Counted from the first letter of the stretch, positions 1 through 10,008 are shown. The stretch: DNA of 64,000 bases from a virus (IMGVR_UViG_2721755676_000001), one strand, 5' to 3'. The notes: generated by a model not told the origin, from the sequence alone. Translations and numbers: made by a program.

Positions 1-155
1 GTGCCGCTCGAAAGGTTGGTGCGACGGTAATGGTGGCGACGACTCACGAAGACCTGAAGAACGCGCTGCGCCCGGATATGCAGATCACCAAGCACTACAA
101 AGAACGCGTGAAGGTGGAATATCACAATGGTAGTCATGATGAGGTCCATTCATGA
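1..155 (+). CDS. hypothetical protein, 3' fragment (5' end outside window)
   Basis: Frame open from window edge to TGA at 153-155; stop overlaps the next ATG (ATGA). Confidence 0.3.
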   Translation, partial: AARKVGATVMVATTHEDLKNALRPDMQITKHYKERVKVEYHNGSHDEVHS

Positions 156-1042
156 CGGACATCATCATTAAACGCTACCGCCCTGAAGAGTTCCCGCGTC
201 ATCTGGACTTTCTGGAGCGAATGACTGTTACAAAGGGAACTGTAGAGGACTGGCACGCTCTTAAGTCGCTTCACTACAAAACAGACGGCAAACCTTTCGC
301 GCCAACTTACTATCGCTGCGAACTTGATGACCGTCTGGTGGGCGTCGTGGTTATGGCTTACCCGAAACTACTGCTGGCACCTCGCCACCGCATGTTTCCT
401 AAGTTGAAACCAACCACTAATACCACCGTGGCTAACCAGTACTGGGGTCGGTACGTGAATAACAACTTTGCGGTGATCAGTCGCTCAGTTGTGGATACTC
501 AGTATCGTGGCGTAGGCGTCTCTTATCGAATGATTAACCTGGTTAGCAGGATGCATGACCGGCCAATCATTGAGATCCAGTCCTCGATGAGCAAATACAA
601 TCCCTTCGCCATGAAAGCAGGGTTTAAGTTCATCCGCCCTGAGCGACCGAAGAGCTATGAAAGTGCACTGCGTGTATTCCAGCGCCATTTCCGTTCCGAC
701 CCGGGTGATAACGAGGCGATCGTCAAAGAGTTGTTCGCAATGAGCGAGTCTCGTCGTCGCCGTGCACTGCGTGATCTGGTGGCGGACTACCACAAGAACA
801 GTTCCCTGGCAAAAGCTGGGCGGAATCGTGGCACGACGATTCAGGACATTGCCGACAGTCTGGTGGACGAGGCCAGCATTGTGAAGCTGCTCAAGGACAT
901 TCACAATCTGAGCTTTACGTCTCCGTTGTATGGTGTGTATCGAAACCCTGACTTTGGTCGTCGACTGCCTGACACGCTGCCACTGCTGGCATTCGACAAA
1001 CAACCTTTGGATAAACCGTTAGAAATTGCTTTGCCGGCATAA
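152..1042 (+). CDS. GNAT-fold acetyltransferase-like protein (putative)
   Basis: ORF with upstream GAGG; motif QYRGVGVSYRMINLV resembles GNAT motif A (Q/R-x-x-G-x-G/A); function otherwise unknown. Confidence 0.5.
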   Translation: MTDIIIKRYRPEEFPRHLDFLERMTVTKGTVEDWHALKSLHYKTDGKPFAPTYYRCELDDRLVGVVVMAYPKLLLAPRHRMFPKLKPTTNTTVANQYWGRYVNNNFAVISRSVVDTQYRGVGVSYRMINLVSRMHDRPIIEIQSSMSKYNPFAMKAGFKFIRPERPKSYESALRVFQRHFRSDPGDNEAIVKELFAMSESRRRRALRDLVADYHKNSSLAKAGRNRGTTIQDIADSLVDEASIVKLLKDIHNLSFTSPLYGVYRNPDFGRRLPDTLPLLAFDKQPLDKPLEIALPA

Positions 1043-1051
1043 GGATTTGCC

Positions 1052-1318
1052 ATGACGTTAACCGATAAACAAAAGGACATCATCAAAACGCTCAATCTCG
1101 GTTATGAGCGAGGTCATCTACTTGACCTGGACGAATTGCTTGAAGTTTTGCCGTACAAGACAACCAAGCAAAGTATCCAGTTCTCAATTCGCGCTCTGAT
1201 AAAAAAGGGGCTGGTGGAGAAAGGGCATACGCGCCAACGCAGTGACAATCGCTATCACCGCCGAACTCTTGGGTTAACCACTTTAGGTCGAGCCAAAGCG
1301 AAGTTACTGGTGATGTAA
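1052..1318 (+). CDS. hypothetical small basic protein
   Basis: ORF with AAGGA RBS 8 nt upstream; same strand as neighbours. Confidence 0.55.
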   Translation: MTLTDKQKDIIKTLNLGYERGHLLDLDELLEVLPYKTTKQSIQFSIRALIKKGLVEKGHTRQRSDNRYHRRTLGLTTLGRAKAKLLVM

Positions 1319-1342
1319 TCGGTCTGGGAGCTTATTTAAAGA

Positions 1343-1397
1343 CCTGCTTCTGTATATATAAATAATAAGTAACTTATTAAATATATACGGAAGCAGG
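1343..1397. repeat. 55-bp near-palindromic element, copy 1 (17-bp inverted arms CCTGCTTCTGTATATAT / ATATATACGGAAGCAGG around AT-rich core AATAAGTAACTTATT)
   Basis: Read directly; near-identical second copy at 34357-34409. Confidence 0.8.
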
Positions 1398-1513
1398 CTT
1401 CGTAAGACATGCCAGACCTAATTAAACACCCCAGAAAACAAGTTGGTTAGCAGATGCAGTAAACAAGTTGTTTTAGAGCGCATGGACGCGCTCTGTGTGT
1501 TTTAGAGGGATCT

Positions 1514-2146
1514 ATGACGGTCGAAAAAGACGAGGTAAAAACTCGCCTGACACCAGCGGAGTGGGCCGAAGCTGAAGCCAAATGGACGTCAGGCGAATAT
1601 ACACTCTCAAAGCTGGAGGAAGAGTACGGCATTCGTCGTGAAACACTCTCCAGACATTTCAAAAAGCGAGGATTAGAGAAAGGCGCGGACTCTGTTGGGA
1701 AGATGGTTCGTGAGTCTCTTAAATCTGACGCAGAGCTTCGCGCTAAAGCCCGTGCGGAAAAGATAGAAGAACGTCGTACACGTTATGACGGCTGGGCGTA
1801 TGCGTTGGGGCAGATGGTGATGGTCGAAGTCACTACGGCCAAACGTGAGGGTAAGCCTTTAGGGGCGATTGAGGATTCTCTCAAGAGCTTACAGAGAGCC
1901 AGTAATACCCTTGCAAAATGCTTTGAAGTTTCGTCCAAAGCATTGGGCATGGATCATGCGGAAAATGACGAGGAAGAAATTCCGAACCTGGTATTTGGTG
2001 AGCTTACGCCTTCCCAGGTGGCGAAATTACGTCAGGAAGACGACGAGCCTGAAATCATCGATGACGAATTGCTTGAGACGTTGGAAGAAGAAGCTCTAAG
2101 CGAATTTGATGCGACAGATGATGGAAGTGAAGGGGAGGACGAATAA
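1514..2146 (+). CDS. putative terminase small subunit
   Basis: Immediately upstream of and stop-start overlapping the large terminase; acidic C-terminus; GAGGGA RBS; assignment by synteny only. Confidence 0.45.
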   Translation: MTVEKDEVKTRLTPAEWAEAEAKWTSGEYTLSKLEEEYGIRRETLSRHFKKRGLEKGADSVGKMVRESLKSDAELRAKARAEKIEERRTRYDGWAYALGQMVMVEVTTAKREGKPLGAIEDSLKSLQRASNTLAKCFEVSSKALGMDHAENDEEEIPNLVFGELTPSQVAKLRQEDDEPEIIDDELLETLEEEALSEFDATDDGSEGEDE

Positions 2147-3402
2147 TGGCAATCCCGTCCTCGCTCAGTCTTGTGCAACTGCATTCTGGACAGATGAAAG
2201 TCTTCCAGTCTCCGCATCGATTTAAAGTTGTTTGTGCTGGTCGACGCTGGGGAAAATCCCGGTTGTCGATCTCCACTATTATTCGTGCGGCGGCAAAGGA
2301 AAAAAAGCAAAGGGTCTGGTATGTCGCTCCTACTTACCAGATGGCTCGCCAGATTTTGTGGGACGATCTACAGGAAGTTCTGCCTCGTAAGTGGGTTAGG
2401 AAAAAGAACGACACCACGATGACAATCGTGTTGAAGAACGGTTCGGAGATCGCCCTCAAAGGTGCTGATAAGCCTGACACTCTGCGCGGCGTAGCGTTGC
2501 ATTTTGTAGTGCTTGATGAATTTCAGGATATGAAGGCTGACACCTGGTACAAGGTGTTACGACCTACTCTTTCATCGACACGCGGCGGTGCACTGATCAT
2601 TGGTACGCCAAAAGGCTTCTCGGAATTTCACAAACTGTGGACTATAGGCCAGAACGTAGAGCTGCAAAGAAAGGGACAGTGGAAGAGCTGGCAGTTTGTA
2701 ACTGCCGATTCTCCGTTTGTGCCTACGGCGGAAATTGAAGCTGCTAAGAACGATATGGACCCGAAATCGTTCGCTCAGGAGTACCTGGCGAGCTTTGAGA
2801 ACATGTCCGGGCGCGTTTACTACCCGTTCGATCGTAACGTGCATGTAAAACTGCTTCAGTTCAACCCTCGGTTGCCTATATGGGTAGGGCAGGACTTCAA
2901 CATTGACCCGATGTCTTCCGTAATTTTGCAACCTCAGCCAAATGGTGAGCTATGGGCAATTGATGAATTGGTGCTCTTTTCCTCTAACACGGCAGAAGTT
3001 TGTGATGAGCTTGAGAGACGCTTCTGGCGCTGGAAATCACAGGTAACGGTATTTCCAGATCCGGCAGGTGCTTATCGCCAACATGCTCGTGGGGAGTCTG
3101 ACGTAGACATATTCAAAGAGAAGGGATTCTTACGTGTCGATTATTCGAAAAAGCACCCGCCAATTGCGGATCGTGTTAATGCTGTTAACCGAATGCTGAT
3201 GTCCGCATCTGGAGATATCCGGCTGTATATCGATCCGAAGTGCAAGCATTTGATTGATTCACTGGAAAAAGTCATCTACAAGCCTGGAACACGAGATATG
3301 GATAAGACAGGTGGCATTGAGCATAGTGCAGACGCATTGGGCTATCCAGTACATCGTAGGTATCCAGTCAAAAACCGTGTTATTCTTGGTGGTTCTCGAT
3401 AG
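2146..3402 (+). CDS. terminase large subunit
   Basis: Walker A-like VVCAGRRWGKS and Walker B-like VVLDEF near N-terminus, nuclease-like C-terminal half; position before portal. Confidence 0.85.
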   Translation: MAIPSSLSLVQLHSGQMKVFQSPHRFKVVCAGRRWGKSRLSISTIIRAAAKEKKQRVWYVAPTYQMARQILWDDLQEVLPRKWVRKKNDTTMTIVLKNGSEIALKGADKPDTLRGVALHFVVLDEFQDMKADTWYKVLRPTLSSTRGGALIIGTPKGFSEFHKLWTIGQNVELQRKGQWKSWQFVTADSPFVPTAEIEAAKNDMDPKSFAQEYLASFENMSGRVYYPFDRNVHVKLLQFNPRLPIWVGQDFNIDPMSSVILQPQPNGELWAIDELVLFSSNTAEVCDELERRFWRWKSQVTVFPDPAGAYRQHARGESDVDIFKEKGFLRVDYSKKHPPIADRVNAVNRMLMSASGDIRLYIDPKCKHLIDSLEKVIYKPGTRDMDKTGGIEHSADALGYPVHRRYPVKNRVILGGSR

Positions 3403-3417
3403 GTAAGTAATTATCTA
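3398..3417 (+). promoter_or_regulatory. junction motif GATAGGTAAGTAATTATCTA (TAAGTA family; stop codons in all three frames)
   Basis: Read directly; 14 of 20 bp identical to site at 6821-6840. Confidence 0.4.
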
Positions 3418-3428
3418 AGGTTATTCAA

Positions 3429-5003
3429 ATGGAATTGAACGACAAACAAATTAAGGATCTGGTGGCGCGACGCCACCCGGAATACGAAAAGAAAAAAGAA
3501 CATTGGGACTTCCTCGCCAGCACTTACGCTGGCGGGCGTGGTTGGTTTACAGACAATATCTTTCGTTACTTTAAAGAGGGAGATCAGGAGTTTAAGGAGC
3601 GTGTTGAGCGTGCCTATCGCTTCAACCACACTCGTGAGGTGGTAAACCTCATCAACAAATATCTCTTTAAAGAAGACATTCATAGAAATATCGAAGAGGC
3701 ACCAGAGCAGATCCGCAATTTCTGGAAACGTGCGACTCGCCAGAATGCCTCTATTGACTCATTTATGGCCGCCATTGATTTGCAGTCGTCTATTTACGGT
3801 CGCATATGGGTTGTTGTCGATAGCACGATGAGTGGTGATGTTGAGTCAGTAGCTGACGAGAAAAAGAAAGATGCTCGCGCCTACGCCTACTGGATTTCAC
3901 CTCAGCAAATGCTGGATGTGGCATGGGACGACGACGGGAATATGTTATGGGCGTTAATTGTGGAAGTCGCTCGCGATGACGCAGACCCTTTTACTTCTAC
4001 AGGTCAGGAATACCAACGTTATCGTCTGTGGACACAAAACGAGTGGTATCTGTTCCGTGAGGAAGTGAAGAAGGGGGCTGGTGGAGCAGGTCGTCGTCAG
4101 GCAAAAGTTATTTTAGAGGACAGCGGTGAGCATAATCTCGGCGTAGTTCCTGTGTTTCCTGTTGATTGTATTGGAGAAAGTGAATCACCGTATTTCAGCC
4201 CATCGTTGATCGATGATATCGCTTATCTTGATCGTGCGGTTGCAAACTATCTGTCAAACCTTGATGCCATTATTCAGGATCAGACATTTAGCCAGTTGGC
4301 TATACCGGTACAGTCGCTTTTACCTGGTGATGAAAACCACACTAAAGTGCTTGAAATGGGCACAAAGCGAGTCTTCACCTACGATTCTGAAGGTGGAAAC
4401 CAGCCGTTTTATCTGTCACCAGACCCGAAACAAGCTCAGATGATCATCACTACGATTAAGACGGTGATTAACGAAATCTACCATTCAGTTGGTGTAGCTG
4501 GTGAGCGAACGAAGCAGGACAACGCACAGGGAATCGATAATTCATCTGGTGCCGCAAAAATGTATGACTTCCAGCGTGTAAATAGCTTGCTTGTCACAAA
4601 AGCAGAGCGTCTGGAAAGGGCTGAACGCCAAATCATGCTACTGGTTGCGAAATGGATGGGGGTAGATCTGGACGAAGACCACTCTTTAATTGCGTATCCA
4701 GAAAGTTTCGATATTCGTGGCCTTACTGATGAATTTTCTGTTGCCGAGAAACTGTCATTACTTCAGGCACCGGACTCTGTACGTCGTCACCAGATGGAAA
4801 TGCTTATTGAGAAGATTTTCCCGAACATTACTGAGGCGATGAAAAAGGAATTTGATAAAGATCTCTTGAATTTTCCTCCAAAAAATGATCTAAATACCCT
4901 TGAAAATAAGTCAGTACTTACTTATGATCGTGGTGCAGCCCAAGAAAGCGGGCAAGATCAACCCCGAGGGAATGGGGACTCATCTACTCAAGAGAACGAG
5001 TGA
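3429..5003 (+). CDS. portal protein (putative)
   Basis: 524-aa ORF directly after large terminase, followed by scaffold and capsid; AAGG RBS. Confidence 0.7.
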   Translation: MELNDKQIKDLVARRHPEYEKKKEHWDFLASTYAGGRGWFTDNIFRYFKEGDQEFKERVERAYRFNHTREVVNLINKYLFKEDIHRNIEEAPEQIRNFWKRATRQNASIDSFMAAIDLQSSIYGRIWVVVDSTMSGDVESVADEKKKDARAYAYWISPQQMLDVAWDDDGNMLWALIVEVARDDADPFTSTGQEYQRYRLWTQNEWYLFREEVKKGAGGAGRRQAKVILEDSGEHNLGVVPVFPVDCIGESESPYFSPSLIDDIAYLDRAVANYLSNLDAIIQDQTFSQLAIPVQSLLPGDENHTKVLEMGTKRVFTYDSEGGNQPFYLSPDPKQAQMIITTIKTVINEIYHSVGVAGERTKQDNAQGIDNSSGAAKMYDFQRVNSLLVTKAERLERAERQIMLLVAKWMGVDLDEDHSLIAYPESFDIRGLTDEFSVAEKLSLLQAPDSVRRHQMEMLIEKIFPNITEAMKKEFDKDLLNFPPKNDLNTLENKSVLTYDRGAAQESGQDQPRGNGDSSTQENE

Positions 5004-5024
5004 TAAGTAACAAAAGGAATTTTT

Positions 5025-5912
5025 ATGAATCTGTGGCAAATGCTTTTGGCCCGTCGTGGTCTGATGGATGTCGCTGAAGCGCATGAGCGTGGAGGCGCTG
5101 GCGGTGTAGCTGCTGATAATGAGCAGAGCACACAAGATCCTGACAAACAGGGTGAACAAAAAGAGCAGCCGAAGGGCGATGACGAATACGCTGGGATGAC
5201 TCAGGAAGAGTTACTGGCCGAACTTCGTAAAACCAAGAAAGCTGGTGCTGAACTGCTGAAGGAGAACATGAAGCGCAAAGAGAAAGAGCGCACATTGGCC
5301 GATCAGCTTGCTCAGTACGGTGATATCGACCCGGCGCGTGCTCGCCAGCTTTTAGAAGCTGAACAGGCCGCAGAAAATGCACGTCGTGAGGCGGAGCAAG
5401 CTGAACTGGAGCGTCGTGGTGAGTTCGATGCTGTTAAAAAACAGATGATCGAAGCACACCAGGCAGAGCTGGCACAGCGTGACGAACGTTATACAGCACT
5501 GGAAAGTGAAAACGCATCACTGAAATCTCAATTAGTCGAGATGACCGTGGGCGCTTCCTTCAGTAACTCTCTCTTCCTACGTGACAAAGTTCTGATGACC
5601 CCGGCAAAAGCCCGCGTGATCTACGGTTCTCATTTTGAAGTGGGTGAAGACGGTAGCGTAGTGGGTTATGACAAACCGGCAGGTCATAAAGAACGAGCTG
5701 TTCTGGTTGACGGTGAAGGTAAGCCGTTGCCGTTTGAATCCGCGATTGAACGCATTGTGCGGGCAGATCCGGAAGCTGACGCATTGATGCGTAGCGAAGC
5801 CAAGCAGGGTGTAGGCTCACATTCCAAATCGACCTACACAATATCCCAACCGAAGAACAAGTCGACTATGGATAAGTTGGCCTCCGGTCTGGGGAAAATT
5901 GGACTTAAGTAA
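5025..5912 (+). CDS. scaffolding protein (putative)
   Basis: Highly charged Ala/Glu/Gln-rich coiled-coil-like sequence between portal and capsid genes. Confidence 0.55.
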   Translation: MNLWQMLLARRGLMDVAEAHERGGAGGVAADNEQSTQDPDKQGEQKEQPKGDDEYAGMTQEELLAELRKTKKAGAELLKENMKRKEKERTLADQLAQYGDIDPARARQLLEAEQAAENARREAEQAELERRGEFDAVKKQMIEAHQAELAQRDERYTALESENASLKSQLVEMTVGASFSNSLFLRDKVLMTPAKARVIYGSHFEVGEDGSVVGYDKPAGHKERAVLVDGEGKPLPFESAIERIVRADPEADALMRSEAKQGVGSHSKSTYTISQPKNKSTMDKLASGLGKIGLK

Positions 5913-5937
5913 CATCTAAATCAAAGGGAATTGATAG

Positions 5938-6813
5938 ATGCCATTACTGCGTGAAGAAGCTGAAAAGCTGTCTAACAACGAACTTGAACAGGGTGTGATC
6001 GAAACTATCATCGATCGCGATGACCTGTTTGCCATCCTGCCTTTTATGAAAATTAATTCAAAGGCATATCTGTACAACCGTGAAAAAACGCTGAGCGAAG
6101 CTACTTTCATTGATGTGAACGACACCATCACCGAAGGTGCAGCAACCTTCGAAGAGAAAGTTGCGAAGCTGCGCATTCTGGCTGGCGACGTTGACGTCGA
6201 CAAATTCCTGGCTACCACTATGGCTGATACCAACAACCAGCTGGCTATCCAGGTTCGTCAGAAAGTCAAAGGTCTGGCTCGTGCCTTCCGTCGCAATCTG
6301 ATTGTTGGCGACTCCACCACTAACAACAAAGCCTTCGACGGTATTCCGAAGCTGATGCATGACGATCAGAAGATCGACATCTCCGGCGCATCCATGACTT
6401 TCTCTATGTTCGACGAACTGGTCGACGCAGTTAAAGATCTGGGCGCAGACTGCATCATGATGCGTTCTGAGCATCTTCGCGCATATCGTGCGCTGCTGCG
6501 AACTGTAAACGTAGGCCCGTCCGAAATCATGATGGAAAACTTCGGTCGACCAATGCTGTGCCATAACGGCGTTCCGTTTATCGTAAACGACTTCATCCCG
6601 ACCGATGCTGGCAAAGCAAGCATCTACTGCCTGCATCTGTCAGAAGAGAACGGCGTTACTGGTCTGTATGGCGGCGACAACGCAGGTATCGTTGTTGAAA
6701 ACATTGGTACTGTACAGAACAAAGACGCAGTACGTACCCGTGTGAAGTGGTACTGCTCTCTGGCGAATAAGCACGATAAGGCTATCGCTGCACTGACCAA
6801 TGTAAAAATTTAA
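5938..6813 (+). CDS. major capsid protein (putative)
   Basis: 291-aa ORF after scaffold, followed by strong intrinsic terminator; synteny. Confidence 0.65.
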   Translation: MPLLREEAEKLSNNELEQGVIETIIDRDDLFAILPFMKINSKAYLYNREKTLSEATFIDVNDTITEGAATFEEKVAKLRILAGDVDVDKFLATTMADTNNQLAIQVRQKVKGLARAFRRNLIVGDSTTNNKAFDGIPKLMHDDQKIDISGASMTFSMFDELVDAVKDLGADCIMMRSEHLRAYRALLRTVNVGPSEIMMENFGRPMLCHNGVPFIVNDFIPTDAGKASIYCLHLSEENGVTGLYGGDNAGIVVENIGTVQNKDAVRTRVKWYCSLANKHDKAIAALTNVKI

Positions 6814-6820
6814 TCAGTGT

Positions 6821-6840
6821 GGTAGATAAGTAATTATCTA
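6821..6840 (+). promoter_or_regulatory. junction motif GGTAGATAAGTAATTATCTA (perfect dyad TAGATAA-GTAA-TTATCTA)
   Basis: Read directly; TAG/TAA/TAA in three frames. Confidence 0.4.
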
Positions 6841-6847
6841 TGTTTAA

Positions 6848-6873
6848 GGGTGGGCTATACGCCCACCCTTTTT
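6848..6873 (+). terminator. intrinsic terminator (GGGTGGGC-TATAC-GCCCACCC + TTTTT)
   Basis: 8-bp GC-rich stem, 5-nt loop, T-run; directly after capsid gene. Confidence 0.75.
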
Positions 6874-6886
6874 GTAGGAGCAAGAA

Positions 6887-7807
6887 ATGCCAGAACAAAA
6901 GATGAAGATTACGGAAGAGGCATTTTCGGATTTTACGGGGCATATGTGCCGCGCCGGATTTACCAATTCTATCTCCGATGAACCTTTAACCGAGCGGCAA
7001 CAAAGTCAGCTATCTGCTTGTTTGCAGGCGGTTCCCTTCTCCCAATCCGTAAACATAACTCCGGCTTCACCATCAGTTTTGGTTGGGAAAACTGTTCAAC
7101 TTAGTGCAGGTATTAGTATGGGTAAGAGTGCCAGTTCATTCACCTGGAAGTCAGCCAATGATCAAATTGCAACCGTTAACGGCACTGGATTAGTAACTGG
7201 CGTAGCCCCAGGCAAAGTAAAAATTACTGCAACTGATCAGGAAACCCAGCTTTCCGCTTCAGTGGAAGTCACCGTAAATCCGGTAGCCGTTCAATCCGTA
7301 ACGGTAACGCCAGAATCAACGTCTGTTGAGAAAGGGAAATCAGTCAGTCTGAAAGCGAATGTTCAGCCGTCAAATGCGACGAATAAGGCTGTTACCTGGT
7401 CTTCCAAAAATGAAGATAAGGCAACGGTAGACCAGAGCGGGAACGTAACTGGTGTAGAAGTTGGCACTGCGACGATTGAGATCGTTTCCCAAGATGGTAG
7501 CAAAAAGGCAACTGCAACGGTGGAAGTAACTGCGCCTGTTGTGGCTGTTACAGGCGTCGAAATCGACCCAAATAGCACAACCGTTGAGGCAAACAAAACT
7601 GTTCAGCTGACCGCAAATGTCGAGCCGGCAGGAGCCACAAATAAAACCGTTACTTGGGAATCCAAAAATACCGAGTTTGCAACGGTGGACAGCGAAACCG
7701 GTGTTGTAACTGGTGTTGCGGCTGGCACTGCCACAATCGAGGTTACTACCCAAGATGGTAGCCACAAAGCGACAGCGACCGTAGAGGTCACTGCCGCACA
7801 GGAATAA
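6887..7807 (+). CDS. Ig-like (Big_2-type) repeat protein, probable head decoration/fibre
   Basis: Three tandem ~90-aa repeats ending in TVTGV..GTATIEV, characteristic of bacterial Ig-like group 2 domains. Confidence 0.7.
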   Translation: MPEQKMKITEEAFSDFTGHMCRAGFTNSISDEPLTERQQSQLSACLQAVPFSQSVNITPASPSVLVGKTVQLSAGISMGKSASSFTWKSANDQIATVNGTGLVTGVAPGKVKITATDQETQLSASVEVTVNPVAVQSVTVTPESTSVEKGKSVSLKANVQPSNATNKAVTWSSKNEDKATVDQSGNVTGVEVGTATIEIVSQDGSKKATATVEVTAPVVAVTGVEIDPNSTTVEANKTVQLTANVEPAGATNKTVTWESKNTEFATVDSETGVVTGVAAGTATIEVTTQDGSHKATATVEVTAAQE

Positions 7808-7813
7808 CCGACA

Positions 7814-7835
7814 TTGGGCGGCGAAAGCCGCCCAA
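7814..7835 (+). other. stem-loop with GAAA tetraloop (TTGGGCGGC-GAAA-GCCGCCCAA), no T-run
   Basis: Read directly; between Ig-like gene and next RBS. Confidence 0.35.
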
Positions 7836-7851
7836 GAGGAGAGAAAGCGTT

Positions 7852-8286
7852 ATGAAACCAGCAAAAATTGTTTTATTAGAACCGCAATTTTCCGGTTATT
7901 CGGGAATGCTGTGCGGCGTTCAGTTCGAGAACGGGGTATCCGTAGCGGAGTTGCCTTTTATCGATCAGCAGAGGATTTGTGCTTCAATGCGAGCGTCAAC
8001 AGTAGAGGGCAAAAATGTCTCTCCGTCTGCCGCATACAGTGATCGTGGTGAATTGACAGCAGACCTGATTACCGAGCCAGCAGCGCCTGACATTGTGCCA
8101 ATGAAACGTGGAACACCAGATGAACCGGCCAAACAGATCCAGGCTTTCACACGAGAAGAGCTGGAGTCAATTGCAGACAACGAAGGTATTGCCGGTCTAC
8201 GAATTATTGGTAATCAGGTTGGTGTCAAAGCGAAAGGAATTGTCGAAATGATTGACGGCATCCTGAAAGCACAAGGCGGTGAGTAA
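7852..8286 (+). CDS. hypothetical head-associated protein
   Basis: ORF with GAGGAGAG RBS; stop-start overlap with next gene. Confidence 0.5.
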   Translation: MKPAKIVLLEPQFSGYSGMLCGVQFENGVSVAELPFIDQQRICASMRASTVEGKNVSPSAAYSDRGELTADLITEPAAPDIVPMKRGTPDEPAKQIQAFTREELESIADNEGIAGLRIIGNQVGVKAKGIVEMIDGILKAQGGE

Positions 8287-9119
8287 TGGCGCAGATCGAC
8301 TCGTATCGTAGCGGTGAAGCTGTTTCCCTTTCATTTGCCTTCAACGTGCTGGATATCGAATCTGCTACCTACACAGTAAAGGACAGCACCGGGGCTATTC
8401 TCGTTGATGGCGAGCCGCTAGAAATTACCAGCGGTCAAATGTCGATCCCGGTTGTCGTGTCGGCTGAATATAACCAGCTCTCTGAGAAAGAGCGAGATCT
8501 GCGGTACGTCATTGTGAAGGCTGTTGCATCGGGTCTGACGCATGAAGAGCGGCAAATGTATGTTCTGCTGAATAGTTTTGAACTGTCGATACCAGAACAG
8601 TCGTTTGCAACTGTCGCTGATGCTCAAATGCAGGCGATCGATATGCTGAATGGGGACACTTTGCTGTCGGATGGTGAAGGCTTAATGCGCAAGCGTCTCA
8701 TTGAGGCTACCAGACGAATTAAAACTTTACCGTTCTCAATCCGCAAAATTCTACGTATCGACTTTGACCGATACGATCGCTCTCAAAATATGCTGAATGT
8801 GTATGACATTCCGTGGGGAGCAGATGGAGCGTACCGGCATGATTTAGTCGATTGGGAAAAGATGACGCAGGAGAAGTTTGAAGAGTTCCCTGACTACTTC
8901 AAAGAAGCGTTGATGCTTGCCGTTGTCAACGAAGCGTGTGAGATCGCAAATGGCAATGATGTAGCCGCAGCACGAGAGGATGGCATTTTGTCAGAGTCCA
9001 TCGGTGAAACAACCAACATGTACCGTACCGGTAAAGCTGCAAACGTGCATGTGGCTCGTAGTACCTGGCGCTTGCTGGTCAGTTACATCAACAACCGTAT
9101 GATTGTTCGCCGTGCGTAA
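8286..9119 (+). CDS. hypothetical protein (head-tail connector region)
   Basis: ORF translationally coupled to upstream gene; synteny. Confidence 0.5.
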   Translation: MAQIDSYRSGEAVSLSFAFNVLDIESATYTVKDSTGAILVDGEPLEITSGQMSIPVVVSAEYNQLSEKERDLRYVIVKAVASGLTHEERQMYVLLNSFELSIPEQSFATVADAQMQAIDMLNGDTLLSDGEGLMRKRLIEATRRIKTLPFSIRKILRIDFDRYDRSQNMLNVYDIPWGADGAYRHDLVDWEKMTQEKFEEFPDYFKEALMLAVVNEACEIANGNDVAAAREDGILSESIGETTNMYRTGKAANVHVARSTWRLLVSYINNRMIVRRA

Positions 9120-9198
9120 CGCCAGTCGCATTATTTACTTTTGGTCGAAAGGTTTTTTGGCCAGTAATGAGAGCGACCGACAACAACAGGGAGAGAGC

Positions 9199-9543
9199 AT
9201 GAATATTTCATGGCAAACAGAAATTGCGATATACCGATTTGGCGCAAAGAATGTTTACGGCGAGGCGCAATTGCAATTCGTCAGGAAGACGAATGTCGGC
9301 GTGGTTAAGTTCGAACAGAGTAATGAGAAATCGTCAGTTCGTGCTGATAGCTCTGGTAGTCGTGGTAAGGCGAGCCTGGAACTGTTTGATGCTGTGTTAG
9401 TTGTCCCTTTGGAAGCGGCTGTACAACTTGATGATGTACTGATCCTTGAAGGTCAAAAATTAAAGGTGTCCAGTGTTCATCGCCGCTGGGGGCTACGAGG
9501 AAGACCAGGGCATCTTGAAGTGGGGGCGAATATATGGGTCTGA
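9199..9543 (+). CDS. hypothetical protein (start trimmed to ATG with GGGAGAG RBS)
   Basis: Track ORF 9103-9543 overlaps previous gene; internal ATG at 9199 has a strong SD. Confidence 0.45.
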   Translation: MNISWQTEIAIYRFGAKNVYGEAQLQFVRKTNVGVVKFEQSNEKSSVRADSSGSRGKASLELFDAVLVVPLEAAVQLDDVLILEGQKLKVSSVHRRWGLRGRPGHLEVGANIWV

Positions 9544-10007
9544 AATACGATGCGCATCAGTTCAAACGTGCGGGGAATAGACTCAATAACAGCCAGAAAG
9601 CATTTAAGCGATATCTTATTCGGGACATGGAAAAGCTGGCGCGTTTGGTTGAGCGTCTCAGCCGTGCAATGGCCCCGCTGGAAACCGGATCTCTGGAGAC
9701 AGCCATCTTTGCCAGGGTGATTAAAGAAGGTTATTCAGGGCTGCGCATTGAGCTTTCTGTGTCTGGAGCAAAACCACGTCAGGGGCATCCGGGCGTAGAA
9801 GTCGGTGACTATGCTAAGTACATGGAGCTGGGTAAATACCGACTCGGTTATCTTTCTCGAATGAAGAACGTGACAAACCCACCAATTGCCGGTGTTAAAC
9901 CTCGTGTTGGGCCACACTTTCTGGAAAGAGCGGTGGAAATTAGCGAGAAGCAGTTCTCAGAAGCGATTCTTGAGGCTGCCAGAAAAGCCGGTTTTACGAG
10001 AGGTTAA
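9534..10007 (+). CDS. hypothetical protein (possible tail completion protein)
   Basis: ORF in head-tail joining region; synteny only. Confidence 0.45.
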   Translation: MGLKYDAHQFKRAGNRLNNSQKAFKRYLIRDMEKLARLVERLSRAMAPLETGSLETAIFARVIKEGYSGLRIELSVSGAKPRQGHPGVEVGDYAKYMELGKYRLGYLSRMKNVTNPPIAGVKPRVGPHFLERAVEISEKQFSEAILEAARKAGFTRG

Positions 10008-10008
10008 T

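Noticed and set aside
485-1095. Antisense ORFs 485-1003 and 901-1095 on the minus strand
   Set aside because: Fully overlap a plus-strand gene with good RBS and operon context; the same applies to the many other short antisense or alternate-frame track ORFs inside the terminase, portal, tape measure, gpJ, polymerase and hsdM genes.
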